Part shown: in pieces, positions 48,914 through 63,158 of the stretch | How the letters are laid out: the number at the start of each line of letters is the position of its first letter | How positions within the stretch are numbered: the first letter of the stretch is position 1 | Assembly (NCBI GenBank): GCA_001724245.1 | Contig: MEDX01000007.1 | Location: 1 to 63,158, forward strand | DNA: 63,158 nucleotides | Source: Fonticula-like sp. SCN 57-25 | Lineage: Eukaryota | Direction: 5' to 3' | The notes under the pieces: model-generated | Database searches by the model: none | What the model was told of the DNA's origin: nothing | The model's input: the letters and a program-made list of their open reading frames with translations, nothing else | Made by a program: the position numbers and the translations under genes

Positions 48914-51900
48914 TTAATGCGCCGCGGGGACCTCCTCCTGTTGGTTATGCATCTGCATCTGCTCGTTATTGGTCTGCTGGTCGCGCGTAAAGTCGTCCGA
49001 CCCATAGTACGAGTAGCCTGCACCGCTGTTGTCGGCGGGCGCGGCGGGCGCAAACACGGTCGGCGCCGGCATCGTGCTCGAGTCAACAAACATGGTCGAC
49101 GACGGCGGCATAAACGACATGGCGGGCGGGAGCGCCGCCGCGGGCCGTGCCTGCTGCTGCTGCTGCGCGGCGGGGTTCATGATGTCGACGTACTTTGACC
49201 GCGCGGGGCGCCTGCCGGCCGCTGGCATCGCTGCCGGCGGCGGCATGGCGCCACCGGGAATACCAGGCGCGCTCACGGGTCCGCCCATGGCACCCATAGC
49301 ACTACCCATGCCAGGCGGGAGCATGCTGCCGTTGGCGGGCGCCGCAGGAGCAGCCGCGGGAGCAGGCGGCGGCATCACGGGCATCTTTGGCGGCGGCGGC
49401 GGGGGCGCGTCCTCCTCGGTCACCAGAGGCGATCCCTGTACATAAGAGTCAGCAACAGACGAACAGAAAAAACATGGCGTACGTCTGAAGTGACCCAGCG
49501 GCCGAGGTTCTTGTCAAAGGTGAGCTGCAGCTGCGAGCCGAGGTTGACTTCGGTCTTTCGCCTAAAGAGCCCGGAGATGCGCGACAGAAAGCCCGCATTG
49601 TCGGCGGACGGCGAAGCGGGCCCGGACGACTCCTTTTTGGACGGCGACGCGGTCGGCGTGGACGGCGCCTTTTTCTTGTGCGCGTCATTGCCAAACCCAA
49701 GATCATCGGCGTCATCGGGCTCCTCGCGCGTCGTCTTGACGGGAGCGGGGGCGGGGGCGGGACGCGGCGGCTTGCCGGCATCCGCGCTGGTGGGCTGCGC
49801 GGGCGCCGGTTGGTAAGCAGCCGGCTGATACGACGCGGCCGGTGGCTGGTAAGCAGACTGCTGAGCTGGCTGATACGCCGACTGCTGGGCGGCCTGCGCA
49901 GGCTGATAAGCGGGCTGCGCTGGCTGGTAAGTCGGCTGAGCAGGCTGATAGGGTGCTGGTGCGCCGCCCTGTGTTGATGACATGCGCCTGTGGCCAATAC
50001 CCGCCTGCGACACTGTACGCGAAAGCGACGGCTCCGACGGCGTCCTGGCCGGGAAAAAGTCTGTCGGCGTCTGAGTGCGCGAGTTCCTCCCGCTCGGCGG
50101 CAGGAACGGCTGCTGCACCTCGCTCTCGGCCGCCTTGTCGGTGTCGTCACCAATAAGCTTCTCGATGCCGCGGTCAAAGAGGTTCCTGAGTCCGTCGCGC
50201 GACGTCACGCTCTGGAAGAGCCCGCCGAGGCGGTTGCTCGCGTTGGCAAAGGCCTCGAGGCCAGGCGTGCTCGCGCGCGTCGACGTGCGCGCCTGCTCCA
50301 TCTGGAGACGAGCAGAGAACTCGGCGACCCAGTGAAGGAACTGCCGCGAAAAGTACTCGCCGCCCTTGGCATGCTGCTGCTGCAGGCTCGACGTCACAAG
50401 GTCGACGTAGCGCTGCGCCTGTTGCAGGTGTCCAAGCTCAGAGAGCAGCGCGGCGTACCGCACGCGGAACACGTGAAGCCAGGGGAGAGAGTACTGCGTG
50501 TTGCGGCCAATGCGGGCGGCCTCAAGGAGCTCAGTGCGCTGGAAGGCGTGGGCGTCAATGCCGGGGGCGAGACCGGCACGAGAAAGCGGAGCGCCGACAA
50601 GGCGAGGCAGATCAGGCTTGGGCATGTCGGCCACAAGCAAGCTGCAACAGGATATTAGTAAAGAAAAATAAACAAAAACAGCGGAGAACGGCTCAGATCC
50701 TTAAAAAACCACCGCCCCCCCTTAAAAATCTGCATTACGTACCAAACGTGAGCGGCGTCGTATTGGCCGTTGGCGTTGAGCAAGTCGGCCAACCGCATGA
50801 GCATTCCAATGTCCGAATGGTCGCGCGCCTGAATGAGCAGCCCGAGCGTCTCCTTCCAGCGCGACGTCGCCTCTGACTTTGCCTGCTCACTCGAAAGCTG
50901 CTGCGCGTACGCGGCCGGCCCGCCGGTCGTCTGGTGAAGCGAGAGCGCCGCGAGCATGGTGCGCAGCGGGTCGCCCTCGGGGAGAGACGCCGCGGCAAAG
51001 CGCCCAACAACGGCGCGCTGGGCGGCCGCCGGGAGCAGCGTCGCCAGCGCAAGGGCGTGAGACCAGTTGCCCGCCGCGGCGGCTGCGTCGACAGCGTCCT
51101 GACGCTTGCCTGACAGGAGAAGCTGGCGGACCTGCGCGAGCGCCTTGGCCGGGTCGGCCGCCGGTGCTGCCGGCCGCTGAGCGTCATTCACAAACGAGCC
51201 AAAATTCTGCTGGCCGGCAATCAGTAGCAGCGTAAGCGCGGCCTCGGCCTTTTCACTACAGAAAATGGTCAGTTGAAGTTGGAAAATAGCTATAATTGCG
51301 CACTTTTGGTTGAAAAAGCCGCCGTTCTCGTAGAGCGACCTGATGAGTCGCCACATCACCTCGCTGTCCGACTCGCCGTACGCCGACTGCGACTGCGCCA
51401 CCATCTCGTTGAGGTACGTGACCACCGCCGACGTCGTGCCCTTCTTGAGCGGGCCGGGCCACTTTGAAATGGCCCCGGCCGTCGACGTCTGGGCCAGCAG
51501 GTCGGCCACGCGATGTACCTTGAATGGCTGCGCGCTGCCGTGGTGCTGGTTGACCAAAATAAGACGGCCGCCAAAGGCAAACACGGGGATCGAATGCGGC
51601 CGGCGAGACTTATTAAAGTCGTCCATCGCGGCGTGCTGCTGCTGCTGCTGCGCGTACGGCTGGTACGCGTCGTAGGCACCAGCGCCGTACTGCGACTGAT
51701 CGTACTGCTGCTGGCCATACTGCGACTGGTCATACTGCGACTGATCATACTGCTGCGGGGCATACTGCTGGTCCTGCGGCACGAACTGCTGCTGGTCGTA
51801 CTGCTGCTGGTCGTACTGCTGCTGGTCGTATTGCTGATCGGGAACATACTGCTGCTCGGGAGAGTACTGCGTCTCAGTGGGCGCGTACTGCGTATCTGTG

Positions 51901-54900
51901 GGGGCATATTGGTATGACTGGTCGAGAGTCTCCTGAGCGACCGACGAGTCAACGGCTGCCGTGACCGACTCTTGCTGCGTCTCGGCCGCCTCCTGTGACT
52001 CGGTGGCGTAGCCGTCGGGGACGTACGTGTTCAGCTCGGCGTTCCACGAGTACTGCATGCCCTCGTGCACAAAGGTATACACGGGCTGCGTCGACACATT
52101 CAAATTGGACTCGTCAAGGGCGCTGACGCCGCCGCCGAGCTGCGTTGACTGGTCGGCAACGGCGGAAACGTCGGCCTGCGTGGAGATCTCCGTCTGCGCC
52201 TGCGCCTGCGTCTCATCCGGCTGATCGACATACCGGATAGCGATGTAGGCGCCCTGTGCGGCGTCCCACGCGTACTCGACACCATTTGAAATAACATTGC
52301 CAATCGCCTGCTGAGCAACGCTCTCGTCAGCGACGACACTTGCATCCGCGGCGGGTTCCTCGGCGGTATATGTTTCCTGTACCGACGAATAGTCCGCGTC
52401 CTGTTGCTGCTGCTGTTCCTGCTGCTGCTCCTGCGGCTGTTCCTGTTGCTGTTCCTGGGGCTGCTCGGTGGTGTAATACCCTTCCGAGTAGGACTGGTTC
52501 TGGTCATATTGCTGGTCATACTGCTGGTAGTACTGCTGCTGCTGCTGGTCATCGGTGGCTGTCTGCTGCTGCTCGCCGTACCACGAGGAATTGTCATACT
52601 GCGCCGACGCGCCGTACTCGTTAGACTTCTCAGTCTCTCCGTAGCTCTGCTGACCGCCGACCTGATCGTCGTAGGCGGCAGTCAGAGCCGCATCCGCCTC
52701 GGCCGCCTGCTCGACGCCGATCGTCGCGAACGGGTCGTCTTCCGCCGCGACCGACTTCTCCGCCCAGTCATAAACAGAGCCGGTCGACGCGGCGGGGTTG
52801 AACTGCGCCGAAGCAGTACCGTCAAACGCCGGTGTTGACGACCGTGGAGGCGCAAACAGCGCTGTCTCGCTCTCCTCGACCGCTGCCGCGGGTGCTTGAA
52901 CCGGCTCGGCAGCCGGCTCAGCGACCTCCTGATCGCCGCCAATCTGCGAGAACGGGTCCTCGTCGTCGTGCCCGGCGGTAAAGATGGGCGCATCGGCAAA
53001 GGCACCCCCGTGCGGCGCCTCGGTCTGCAAAGTCTCCTGCCGAACGTCCAGTACGGCAGGCTCGCTCGGAATCACCGCCGGGGCGCTCTCCTCAAAGGCG
53101 GTCTCCTCAAAAGCGGCCTCCTCAAAATCGGTTTCCTGTACAACATCAACCACGGCCGGTGGGCTGGCAAACGACTCGTCCATGTCCTCGACCTCGAGGG
53201 CCGGCGCGGTGTCATGGTGCACGCCGCTAAAGTAGTCGGTGGCGGCGGCGGCGGGCGGGGCCGCATGATCCTCATTAAGGACGTCCTCCATGAGCTGGGA
53301 GGGGTCAAGCGGGGCGACCGGCGGCAGCGAAAGCGGGTCCTCAATCGAGCTCGCGGCCGAGAAAGTGGGCTGCTCGTCAGACATCTGACTATAAACAGTG
53401 CTCCACTGGTCATTCGAGGCGCTCCCACTGCTCCAGAGCGACTCTGGAACCGACGCGCTCGGCTGCGGCTCGGGCTGCGCAACGACAGGCGCGCGAATCT
53501 CTTGCGGCGGCGCACGCGGGGGCTCGCTAACCGCTTGTGTCTGCTGCGGCGGAGCGGCAATGTTGGTGTCCGCGGGGGGCGACGAGATGGAAAGCGCCGA
53601 CACCTTTTCCGTCAATGTGGAAGGAAGCCCGAGGCCCTCCTGCCTCATCTGCTCATCAATCGTGTCCAAAAAGTTCATGTCCGTGTCCCATCCGTCGGCC
53701 GACTCGGTCAGTGCGTCATCGGAAAGCGACTCTGGTACAGCAGCGGGCTCTGGTACAATAGCGGCGGACTGCGGCACAACTGCAGCGGACTGCAGCACAA
53801 CTGCAGCGGACTGCGGCACGAAAGTAGCGGGCTGAGACACAACAACAGCGGGCTTCGGCACAACAACGGCGGGCTTCGGCACAGCAGCAACGGGCGCCTC
53901 GTACTTCACCGGAACCTCCTTGGTTTCTGCCGCCACAGGTGCAGGGGCGACCGGGGAGGGCACATCGGAAGGTGCGAAGGCGTGTGATACGTCATACGCG
54001 TACGCGGATGGCGAGACGTACGTATCGTTGGGTGACAACAAAGCAGAGCTGGGCGCCTTGAGAGGCACAACTTCCAGGATGTCGTCGAGCGGCGTGTCCC
54101 ACCCGTCAACCTCATCGGCATACTCAAGGTCGACCGGGCGGGGCGTCCCAGCAGGCGAAGGATCGGCAATCGCGAGCGGCGTGACTTCGGGAACAGCGTG
54201 CGACTCAGTCACGGGAGCCGCAGGTGCATCCCAGGGTGCAGGTGCATCTGCCGGTGCGTCCCATGGGGCAGGCGCATCAGCAGGTACCTGGGCCGTTTCT
54301 GACGGTGCATCCCATGGTGCTGGTGTATCGGTCGGCGGCGCATCCCACGGAGCCGGTGCTTCTGTCGTCTTGGCATGCGCATCCCACGGAGCCGGTGCTT
54401 CAGTCGTATGGGCAGGAGCAGCAGTGTTGGTAGGGGCCGCAGGGGCATCCCACGGTGCAGGTGCTTCAGCAGTCTGAGCGGGAGCAGCAGGCGCTTCCCA
54501 TGGAGCATGTGTCGTCTGGGTAGAAGCTGGAACGTCCCAGGGCGCCGGTGCATCATCTGCTGGCGTAGACGGAACGGACACGTCCCACGGCGCAGGTGCG
54601 TCGGCCGCCGCGTGGGAAGCAGCGCCATTGCTCGAGGGCGTCGTGGAAGGCACTGCCTCCTGCTGCATCGCGGCGGTCTTTGCCGGCGGCGGAGTCGGCT
54701 CCGCCGCGTTCGAGCCAGCGAACGTCGGTGTGCTGCCTTGGTTCCCATAGGCAAAGCTGCTCACCTGGTTGGCGTACGTCCTGGGCGCATTCGGCGGCGC
54801 CGCCGAGTCGCTCGGGCGACGCTGGATGTTGGGCTGGGGCGGCAGGCTAAGATACGGAGTCTGCAGCTGCTGATGCATATACACTTCCGCCTGTGCCGAG

Positions 54901-56065
54901 TAGGACAGGCTAGAGCGCGGCGAGAGTGCCTCGCTTGGCGGGCGTGGCGGGCGGTACGGCGGTGGCGCCGCCTTTGCCTGCCAGTTGGGCGCCGGCGCAG
55001 CGTCAAAGCGGAGACTGTCCTCGCTGTAGGCGCGGGAGTGGCGCACAGGAAGGTACTCTTCCGAGCCGTCAAGGGCGTCTTCCGAAGCGGCGCGCGAGTG
55101 CTTGGACCGCGGGCGTCTGCGTGTCGGCGGCGAACTGCCATCCTCGTCATTGTTGGCCAAGTGGTCCAGCTCCAAATTGGCCTTGCGCGAGCTGCTGCGC
55201 TTCGACTTGGTACCCTTTGTCTTTTTCTTCTTTTCGCGCGTGCCGTCGTCGGGGCTCGTCGCGCGCGAGGCGGGCGTCGACGAGCGGCTCGAGTCGACGG
55301 ATCCGAGCGCCGAACGAGAAGGGAGCGGGCCAGAAGTGCTTTCTGAAACGGCGTACTGAGCGGCAGAGACCTGCTGACCACCCTGGTAGTGCGATACCTG
55401 CACATTGGGGGCCCACGTGTCGGCGCCAGCTGACAGTCAATGTGAGCAAGCGTGAGGTGAAGGCAAGGGAGACATACCAGGCGCAGCCGAATAAGACGCG
55501 TACTGCTGCTGGGCATACTGCTGCGGCTGCTGCGCTTGTTGATACTGGCGAGAAATATGGTTAACACGACAGATCAAAGCCACCAGGGGAGCACGCTTAC
55601 CTGATCATGGGCAGAGTAGGATGGGTGCGATTGTTGAGTCGCCGTTTGTGCGGGAGCAGAATACGTTGGCTGCTGCTGGTACTGCGATGACGTCTGCTCA
55701 TGCTGGGCCATGTAGGTGGTGTATGTCTCGTGGTGCACGAAGCATCCGTACTGTTCGTACCAGTAGTAACCGAGGCCGGCCATGTACTGGTCCGTCTCGC
55801 CCGTGCGCACCAATCCCTCCGGCATATAGTAATACATGTTGTTGATTTGCTCCTGCGTAAGCGCCGGCTTCACAGGCGCAGCAGCTGGCGCGGCGTAAAC
55901 GGGCGCTCCCGCCTGGCCCTGCTGGCGCTTCTGCAGCTGTTCCTGCAGCGCATTCACCGGCCGTGTGCTCGCCGCGACCGGCCTGCTGGGCTCGCTCTGC
56001 CCAAACGACGCAAACGGGTCATCCGCCGAGTAGCTGCTCGCAAACAGCTGCGACGCGTCTCCCAT
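48914..56065 (-). CDS. SEC16: COPII ER exit-site scaffold Sec16
   Basis: Long disordered N-terminus; central conserved domain (P.FAFGGRL, WPGPL.K, LLSG.R..A...A.....WSHAL.LA, GDPLRT, AAHVC-like, FQRTELLE, YA..L.ELG....A.RY); LG.....FD..L.RWV and RSKYVDIM C-terminal motifs. Confidence 0.88.
51650..51900 (-). repeat. Coding low-complexity QQYD/QSQY repeats in Sec16
   Basis: 15-nt units such as gtcgtactgctgctg. Confidence 0.8.
54225..54600 (-). repeat. Coding repeat: nine (P)APW[D/E] motifs in the Sec16 N-terminal region
   Basis: Translation shows eight PAPWD and one APWE, with DNA units such as gcatcccacggagccggtgc. Confidence 0.85.
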
Positions 56066-56203
56066 CCCGTCGCGCGCGCTCTAGATAGGCAACGGTGCTC
56101 CGGATCTAAGGGCGCGACGCACCGACGACGGTGTTGGTCCTTTTTGGGGCGGCGGTGTTTGTACCGCCAAAACTGCCGGCAGGGCTGCCACAATACCAAA
56201 TTA

Positions 56204-56248
56204 GCAAACTGCAAACCTGTGACGTCAAATTAGCAAGTTTGCAGTTTT
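56204..56248. promoter_or_regulatory. Back-to-back TTTGCAGTTT motifs in the Sec16/SRP68 bidirectional promoter
   Basis: gcaaactgcaaa (points to Sec16) and gtttgcagtttt (points to SRP68) flank a TGACGTCA palindrome. Confidence 0.5.
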
Positions 56249-56270
56249 GTCGGGCGTCCCATCAGCAAGG

Positions 56271-58290
56271 ATGGTGGACGAGACGCAGGCAGCCGATCCC
56301 GTCGTGGACGTTCCCACGGCGGAGGACGCCGCGCCGGCGCCCGTGGTTGTTATCAGCCTGGAAATCCTGGCGCTGACAAAGGATGCCCAAAATCAGAACG
56401 GCATGCGTGACGGCAACTATGAGAAATACAGGTTTGTTCTCTAGCGAGTGTTGCGCTGGTGCTAACGCCCGAGTAGGCAATTTTGCGCACGCAAGCTTGC
56501 CCGCCTCCGCAACGGCGTTGGCATCAAGATTAACAAGAGCAAGCACAAGACGTCCAAGCGGTACCCCACGACGGAAAACGTCAAGGACTCGCGCGCCTTG
56601 CAGCTTTTGCTCTTTGATGCCGAGCGCGCCTGGGCGTACGCGATGGAGCTCAAGGCCAACATGGCGGCCGAGCCGCGCAAGCGGCACCACATGGTCGCGC
56701 GCCTGCGCAAGGCGACGCGCCTTGTTGACCAGCTCGAGCAGCTCGCCGCCACCGTGACGTGCGATGCGCGCACAAATCTCGAGATCTCGGTTCGTTTTGC
56801 ATGATCTCTGCTTTCTTTCCCTGCTAACGGCGACGTCCAGGCGTACCGCACGTGGCTCCACGGTGTCTTGTCCTTTGAGCTTCAGCAGTGGCAGGACGCC
56901 CTTGACAAGCTTGCGACTGCCCGCGCCGTTTATGAGCGCATGGCGAGCATCGGCAACCCCGGCCAGCGCGCCCTCTGCCACGCTCGCGTTGAAGAGATCG
57001 AGCCGAGCCTGCGCTACTGCGCATACAACATTGAGGCGCAGAGCGGAGCCGCCACGACGATGGACCTTTCTCAGCTCGTCAAGCTGCGCTCGCAGATGTC
57101 GGCGGCCGGCCTCACCGCCCTGGCCGACAAGTTTGAGGAGCTCATGGTGTCGTCGGGCGGCAGCACTGCGTCGACGGCCAGCGTGGCCCAGACCATCACG
57201 CTCGGCTCCCGCACCGTCCCCGTCCAGAACGGCAAGGTGCAGGAGCTCGTGCAGCAGTCGAGGCAAATGCACGAGGCCATCGACGCGACGGCCGACAAGG
57301 TCGAAAAGGTCGGCCTCTTTGACCGCGTACGTTACAACTCGGGGTGATGATGCATGTATCTAACTTATGTTTTAGCTTTTGATGTTGTTGAGCGACGCTG
57401 CGCGCCTCGCCGCCGCCGACATCAAGGAGAACAATGAGGCGCAGGCGCGCGCCAAGTCGGAGCTCGGCAAGGACACGACGCTCGAGCTTCAGACCGTTCA
57501 CAGCGCGATCCTCTACGAGCGCGCCCAGCGTGCCATTGAGCGGACGACGATCATGGCCGAGCTTGCATCTGGCACAGCCGACGCGCCGATTCTTTACAAC
57601 ACGCTCGTTCAGAGCTGGTCGGACGCCAAGGCGCTTCCGCTCGTCGACCAGGAACCGTCGATTGTCGCGCTCGCCGACGCCTCGATGGCGCTCAACCGCG
57701 CCCAAAAGTGTCTTCAGCTTGCCGACGCTCGCGAGGCCGCCGGCAAGCCCGCCGACGCCACTGCTTTGTTGCAGCGCGCTATTGACGTCCTCACGGAGGC
57801 GGCGCCGACGTCGACCGACGACGCCGTCAAGGCCGTCGCCAAGCAGATGACCGCCCTTGAGACGACGCTGCGCGCGCGCATTGGCATTGCCCGCGCGTCG
57901 GCCGTTCTCGGCAACAAGGACGTGGCGGCCGCGCCCGCCGCGTCGACCAAGAAGACGGCGCAAAAGGGCGCGCTCGTCGAGCTCGATGAGCTTCACGTGA
58001 CTGGCGTGCCTGGCGTCGTGCCCGAGCACCCGCCGCGGACGCTCTCTCTCGAGACGCCCAACCTGCTCGATATTCCCGCCAAGTTTGTCGCAATGCCCGT
58101 CAAGCCCATCTTCTTTGACCTTGCCGAGCGGTACGTTGACTACCCCGAGGTGCACCACAAGGCGTCGTCAGGGCACGCTCGCGCGCCGCAGGCGAGGACG
58201 GAAAGTACCGACGACGAGGAGCAGGACCAGGGACAGCAGCAGGGCGGCCTCAAGGGGTACCTGTCGTCGTGGTGGGGAGGAAAAAAGTAG
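56271..58290 (+). CDS. SRP68: Signal recognition particle subunit SRP68
   Basis: LEIL...KDAQ.QNGMR.G.Y.KYR.FC.RKL.RLR, LL..AERAWAYAMELK, R.RHH...RL.KA, EEIEPS.RYCAYNI, P.KP.FFDLA..YV.YP, GL.GYLS.WWG. Confidence 0.95.
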
Positions 58291-58447
58291 ACAATATTAT
58301 TGTTTTGTTATCATGGAATTCGATAAATAAATCATATTCTATCACGCAATGTACAATACCGAACAACGCAACGCAGCAAGTGGACATAAAATTGTAAATT
58401 GCTACGAAATTGACCAATTTGTTTATTGAAATGTGCTACAAATCGGC

Positions 58448-59227
58448 TCACTTTGGCCCATTCAAGAGCAGATCAAGCATCGACGGCGTGCTTTCCACCT
58501 GCGGCGCGATATGAACCGGCTGCGGCGCAATAACCGCCGGCGCCTCTGGCTGCTTCGGTCCCGCCAGCAAAATGTCAAGCATCGACGGCGTCGGCTCGAG
58601 CGGCGCCGGCGGCGCCTGCTGCTGATGGTGCACAACAGGCACGGCCGTCGGTACACCGTGGTACGCCACAGGCACCTGCTGACTGTGCATTACCGGCTGA
58701 CCGTGCATCACTGGCATTGGCTGACCATGGACAGGATAGGCCGCAAAGGTACCCATCGTTTGAGGCATGTAATGCGGGCCCTGCATGTAGATCGCCTGCT
58801 GCGCGTGCACTTTTGCCATGTCGCCGACAAGGCCAGCTGCAAGAAGAGGCGGCATTGGAGACGGCGCGACGGGGGCGCCAGCGGGGCTCGCATACATCCA
58901 CGGCGCGTTGACATACCCTGACGGCGAAGCGCTCATCGCCGGCAACGACGGCGACGCGGCCGCCGACAATGGCGGCGACTCGGCCGACGGCGTCGTCAGA
59001 GCGCTAGCAAAGAGACGATTAAGTGCGGAATCCGACGCAGACGTTTCCAATTTTGGCGACGGCGCGGGCTGCGTCGGCGTCGGCGGCAGCGCAAAGCTCC
59101 CAGTGGCGCCGCCAAAGAGACGCGAGAGCTCGCTCGACTGCGAAATCGCGAGTTCTGTCGACGATCCAGCGGCGCCGGCTTGCGGTGGCCGCTTCAAAAT
59201 CTGCTTCTTTTCCACCTTTTTCGCCGC

Positions 59228-59259
<32 letters not shown>

Positions 59260-60244
59260 TTTGCTGCTGCTTGGACTTTTTCCCGCCGGCGGGCGTGATG
59301 AGGACGGGCTGGCCGGGCCTGCTCATGTCGACGATGACGGCCGGCCGCGACTCGGCGGGCGGCGCTTCGCCAAAGTCAATGTTGCGCTTGCGCAGCCAAG
59401 ACTTGAACGGCTTGATGTATGGAACAATGTTGAAGTACTTTGAAGAGTGGTCGGCCACTTCGCGGAACAGCTTTGGGAGCTCGACCCATTTGATGCCCTA
59501 AAGCAGCAAAAGTTTAGAAAATTGCAACAAATGCACATCAAAAACCGCTACGTACGCCAATTTCGTTGACGGTTTGCGGCTGGAAATCAGTGTTTAGTGG
59601 GACTCCCGGGATCACGTACATGCCGGCCGGGTGGCCGCCACGCTGTATCCCGATAAAGTTGGATTTGCTCAGCTTGCTGGTGATGTCGTAGCCAACTTCT
59701 TCCAGTGTCTCGCGGATGGCGCATGCGTCAGCCGCCTCGTCCTTGTTGATCTTGCCGCCGGGAAAGTTCCATGAGCGGCGCTTCATGCCGGTCACGAGAA
59801 GGACGCTGCGCTTGTCGCTGCTCATGATGATGGCGCCGTAGGTAGGGACACTAAACTTGTATCGGATAAACTCGTCCATGATAGAGGCACATTCATCCTT
59901 GTGCTTTACAAGCAGCGGACATACATTAAATACTGCGAAAAAGGGGTGTCAGGCGGGGATTGCGCAAGAGGATCCGCGCACTTTGCTGGGCAAAGCTGAC
60001 AAGCTTGTATGTGGGGAATGACGGGTTCACTGGCTGTACAACATCAATATAATACCAAAAGGCAAGCTCTATGTGAATACAGATGCGCTCAAACGAGGAA
60101 AGCTCCTCCTGTGGAAGGTTCACAATAAACCGACTGTCGGGTGATTAGTCAACCGGCCATGGTGCGATGCGATGCGCACCTGCAGAGGTCCTCAAAGGTG
60201 TCTATCAAACTGTCGCTCGATTCAAAAAACTCCTCCGACTGCAT
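58448..60244 (-). CDS. DCP2: mRNA decapping enzyme Dcp2
   Basis: Box A DLCSRFIVNLP.EEL....RI...IE.AFWYYID, YK..VPTYGAI, intact Nudix box GKINKDE...CA.RE..EEVGYD, disordered tail with polyQ and LxxLL/F motifs. Confidence 0.95.
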
Positions 60245-60603
60245 GATTAATATTCCAGCACTAGCTGTTCCTCTGACACTCGTAGTAATTCGGAAAGTGG
60301 TACACCGCTTTGCACGCCGCCCCTCACACTAAGGGAAAGGCGCACCGAGTGGCAGACTTGACTGGCAGTTGGCACAAAACCGAAATCGAAAGTGGTGACA
60401 CACCAATTCCTATTGACGTCACGGGCGGCGAGCGTGCCATCAGCGTTGCGACGCCGCAATCCCTGTGTGGTCATCGGACGCGGTCTTTTCTTGCGCCTCT
60501 GGCATTAAGCGCGCGCGCGTCAGTGTCGAGCGGCGAACACTATCGTTTGTATATTTTTGGGGCTGCCGATTGGCGGCGTGTGCGATCTAGCAGTTTTGCC
60601 GCG

Positions 60604-63158
<2,555 letters not shown>

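Noticed and set aside
49990-55564. Several 200-360 aa alternative-frame ORFs over Sec16
   Set aside because: Arg/Ser/Gly-rich shadows of low-complexity GC-rich coding sequence.

Overview
This is a gene-dense, GC-rich eukaryotic window from a unicellular organism. It has short (~45-100 nt) spliceosomal introns with GTRCG donors and CTRAC-like branch points close to the 3' AG. I can support about 26 protein-coding genes, many in head-to-head pairs with 50-260 bp between start codons. In order: divergent G-alpha, Eaf7/MRGBP, EI24, an ENTH protein, DGAT2, Spt8-like WD40, carboxylesterase, RhoGDI, LRR and Kelch proteins, uL30m, RPS26, eRF3, a shootin-like protein, Pelota, FANCI, a MUN/CAPS-like protein, TFIIA-L, an IP3 receptor, a Zn2Cys6/Rrn10-like protein, a degenerate ILVBL-like protein, NMT, eIF3i, Sec16, SRP68, Dcp2, and a receptor-like kinase truncated at the window end. 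No rRNA, tRNA, CRISPR array or intact mobile element was recognised. Main leads: (1) a single-pass TKL kinase whose ectodomain resembles a bacterial trehalose/maltose ABC-transporter binding protein; (2) an IP3 receptor lacking the GGGxGD selectivity filter; (3) eRF3 with a PAM2 motif and Sup35-like QQQGYYPP repeats; (4) a Zn2Cys6-Rrn10-like fusion; (5) a shootin-like protein; (6) an oriented TTGCAGTTTGCA motif just upstream of several starts. Gene spans include introns and were reconstructed by eye. Family calls rest on remembered motifs, not on database searches.
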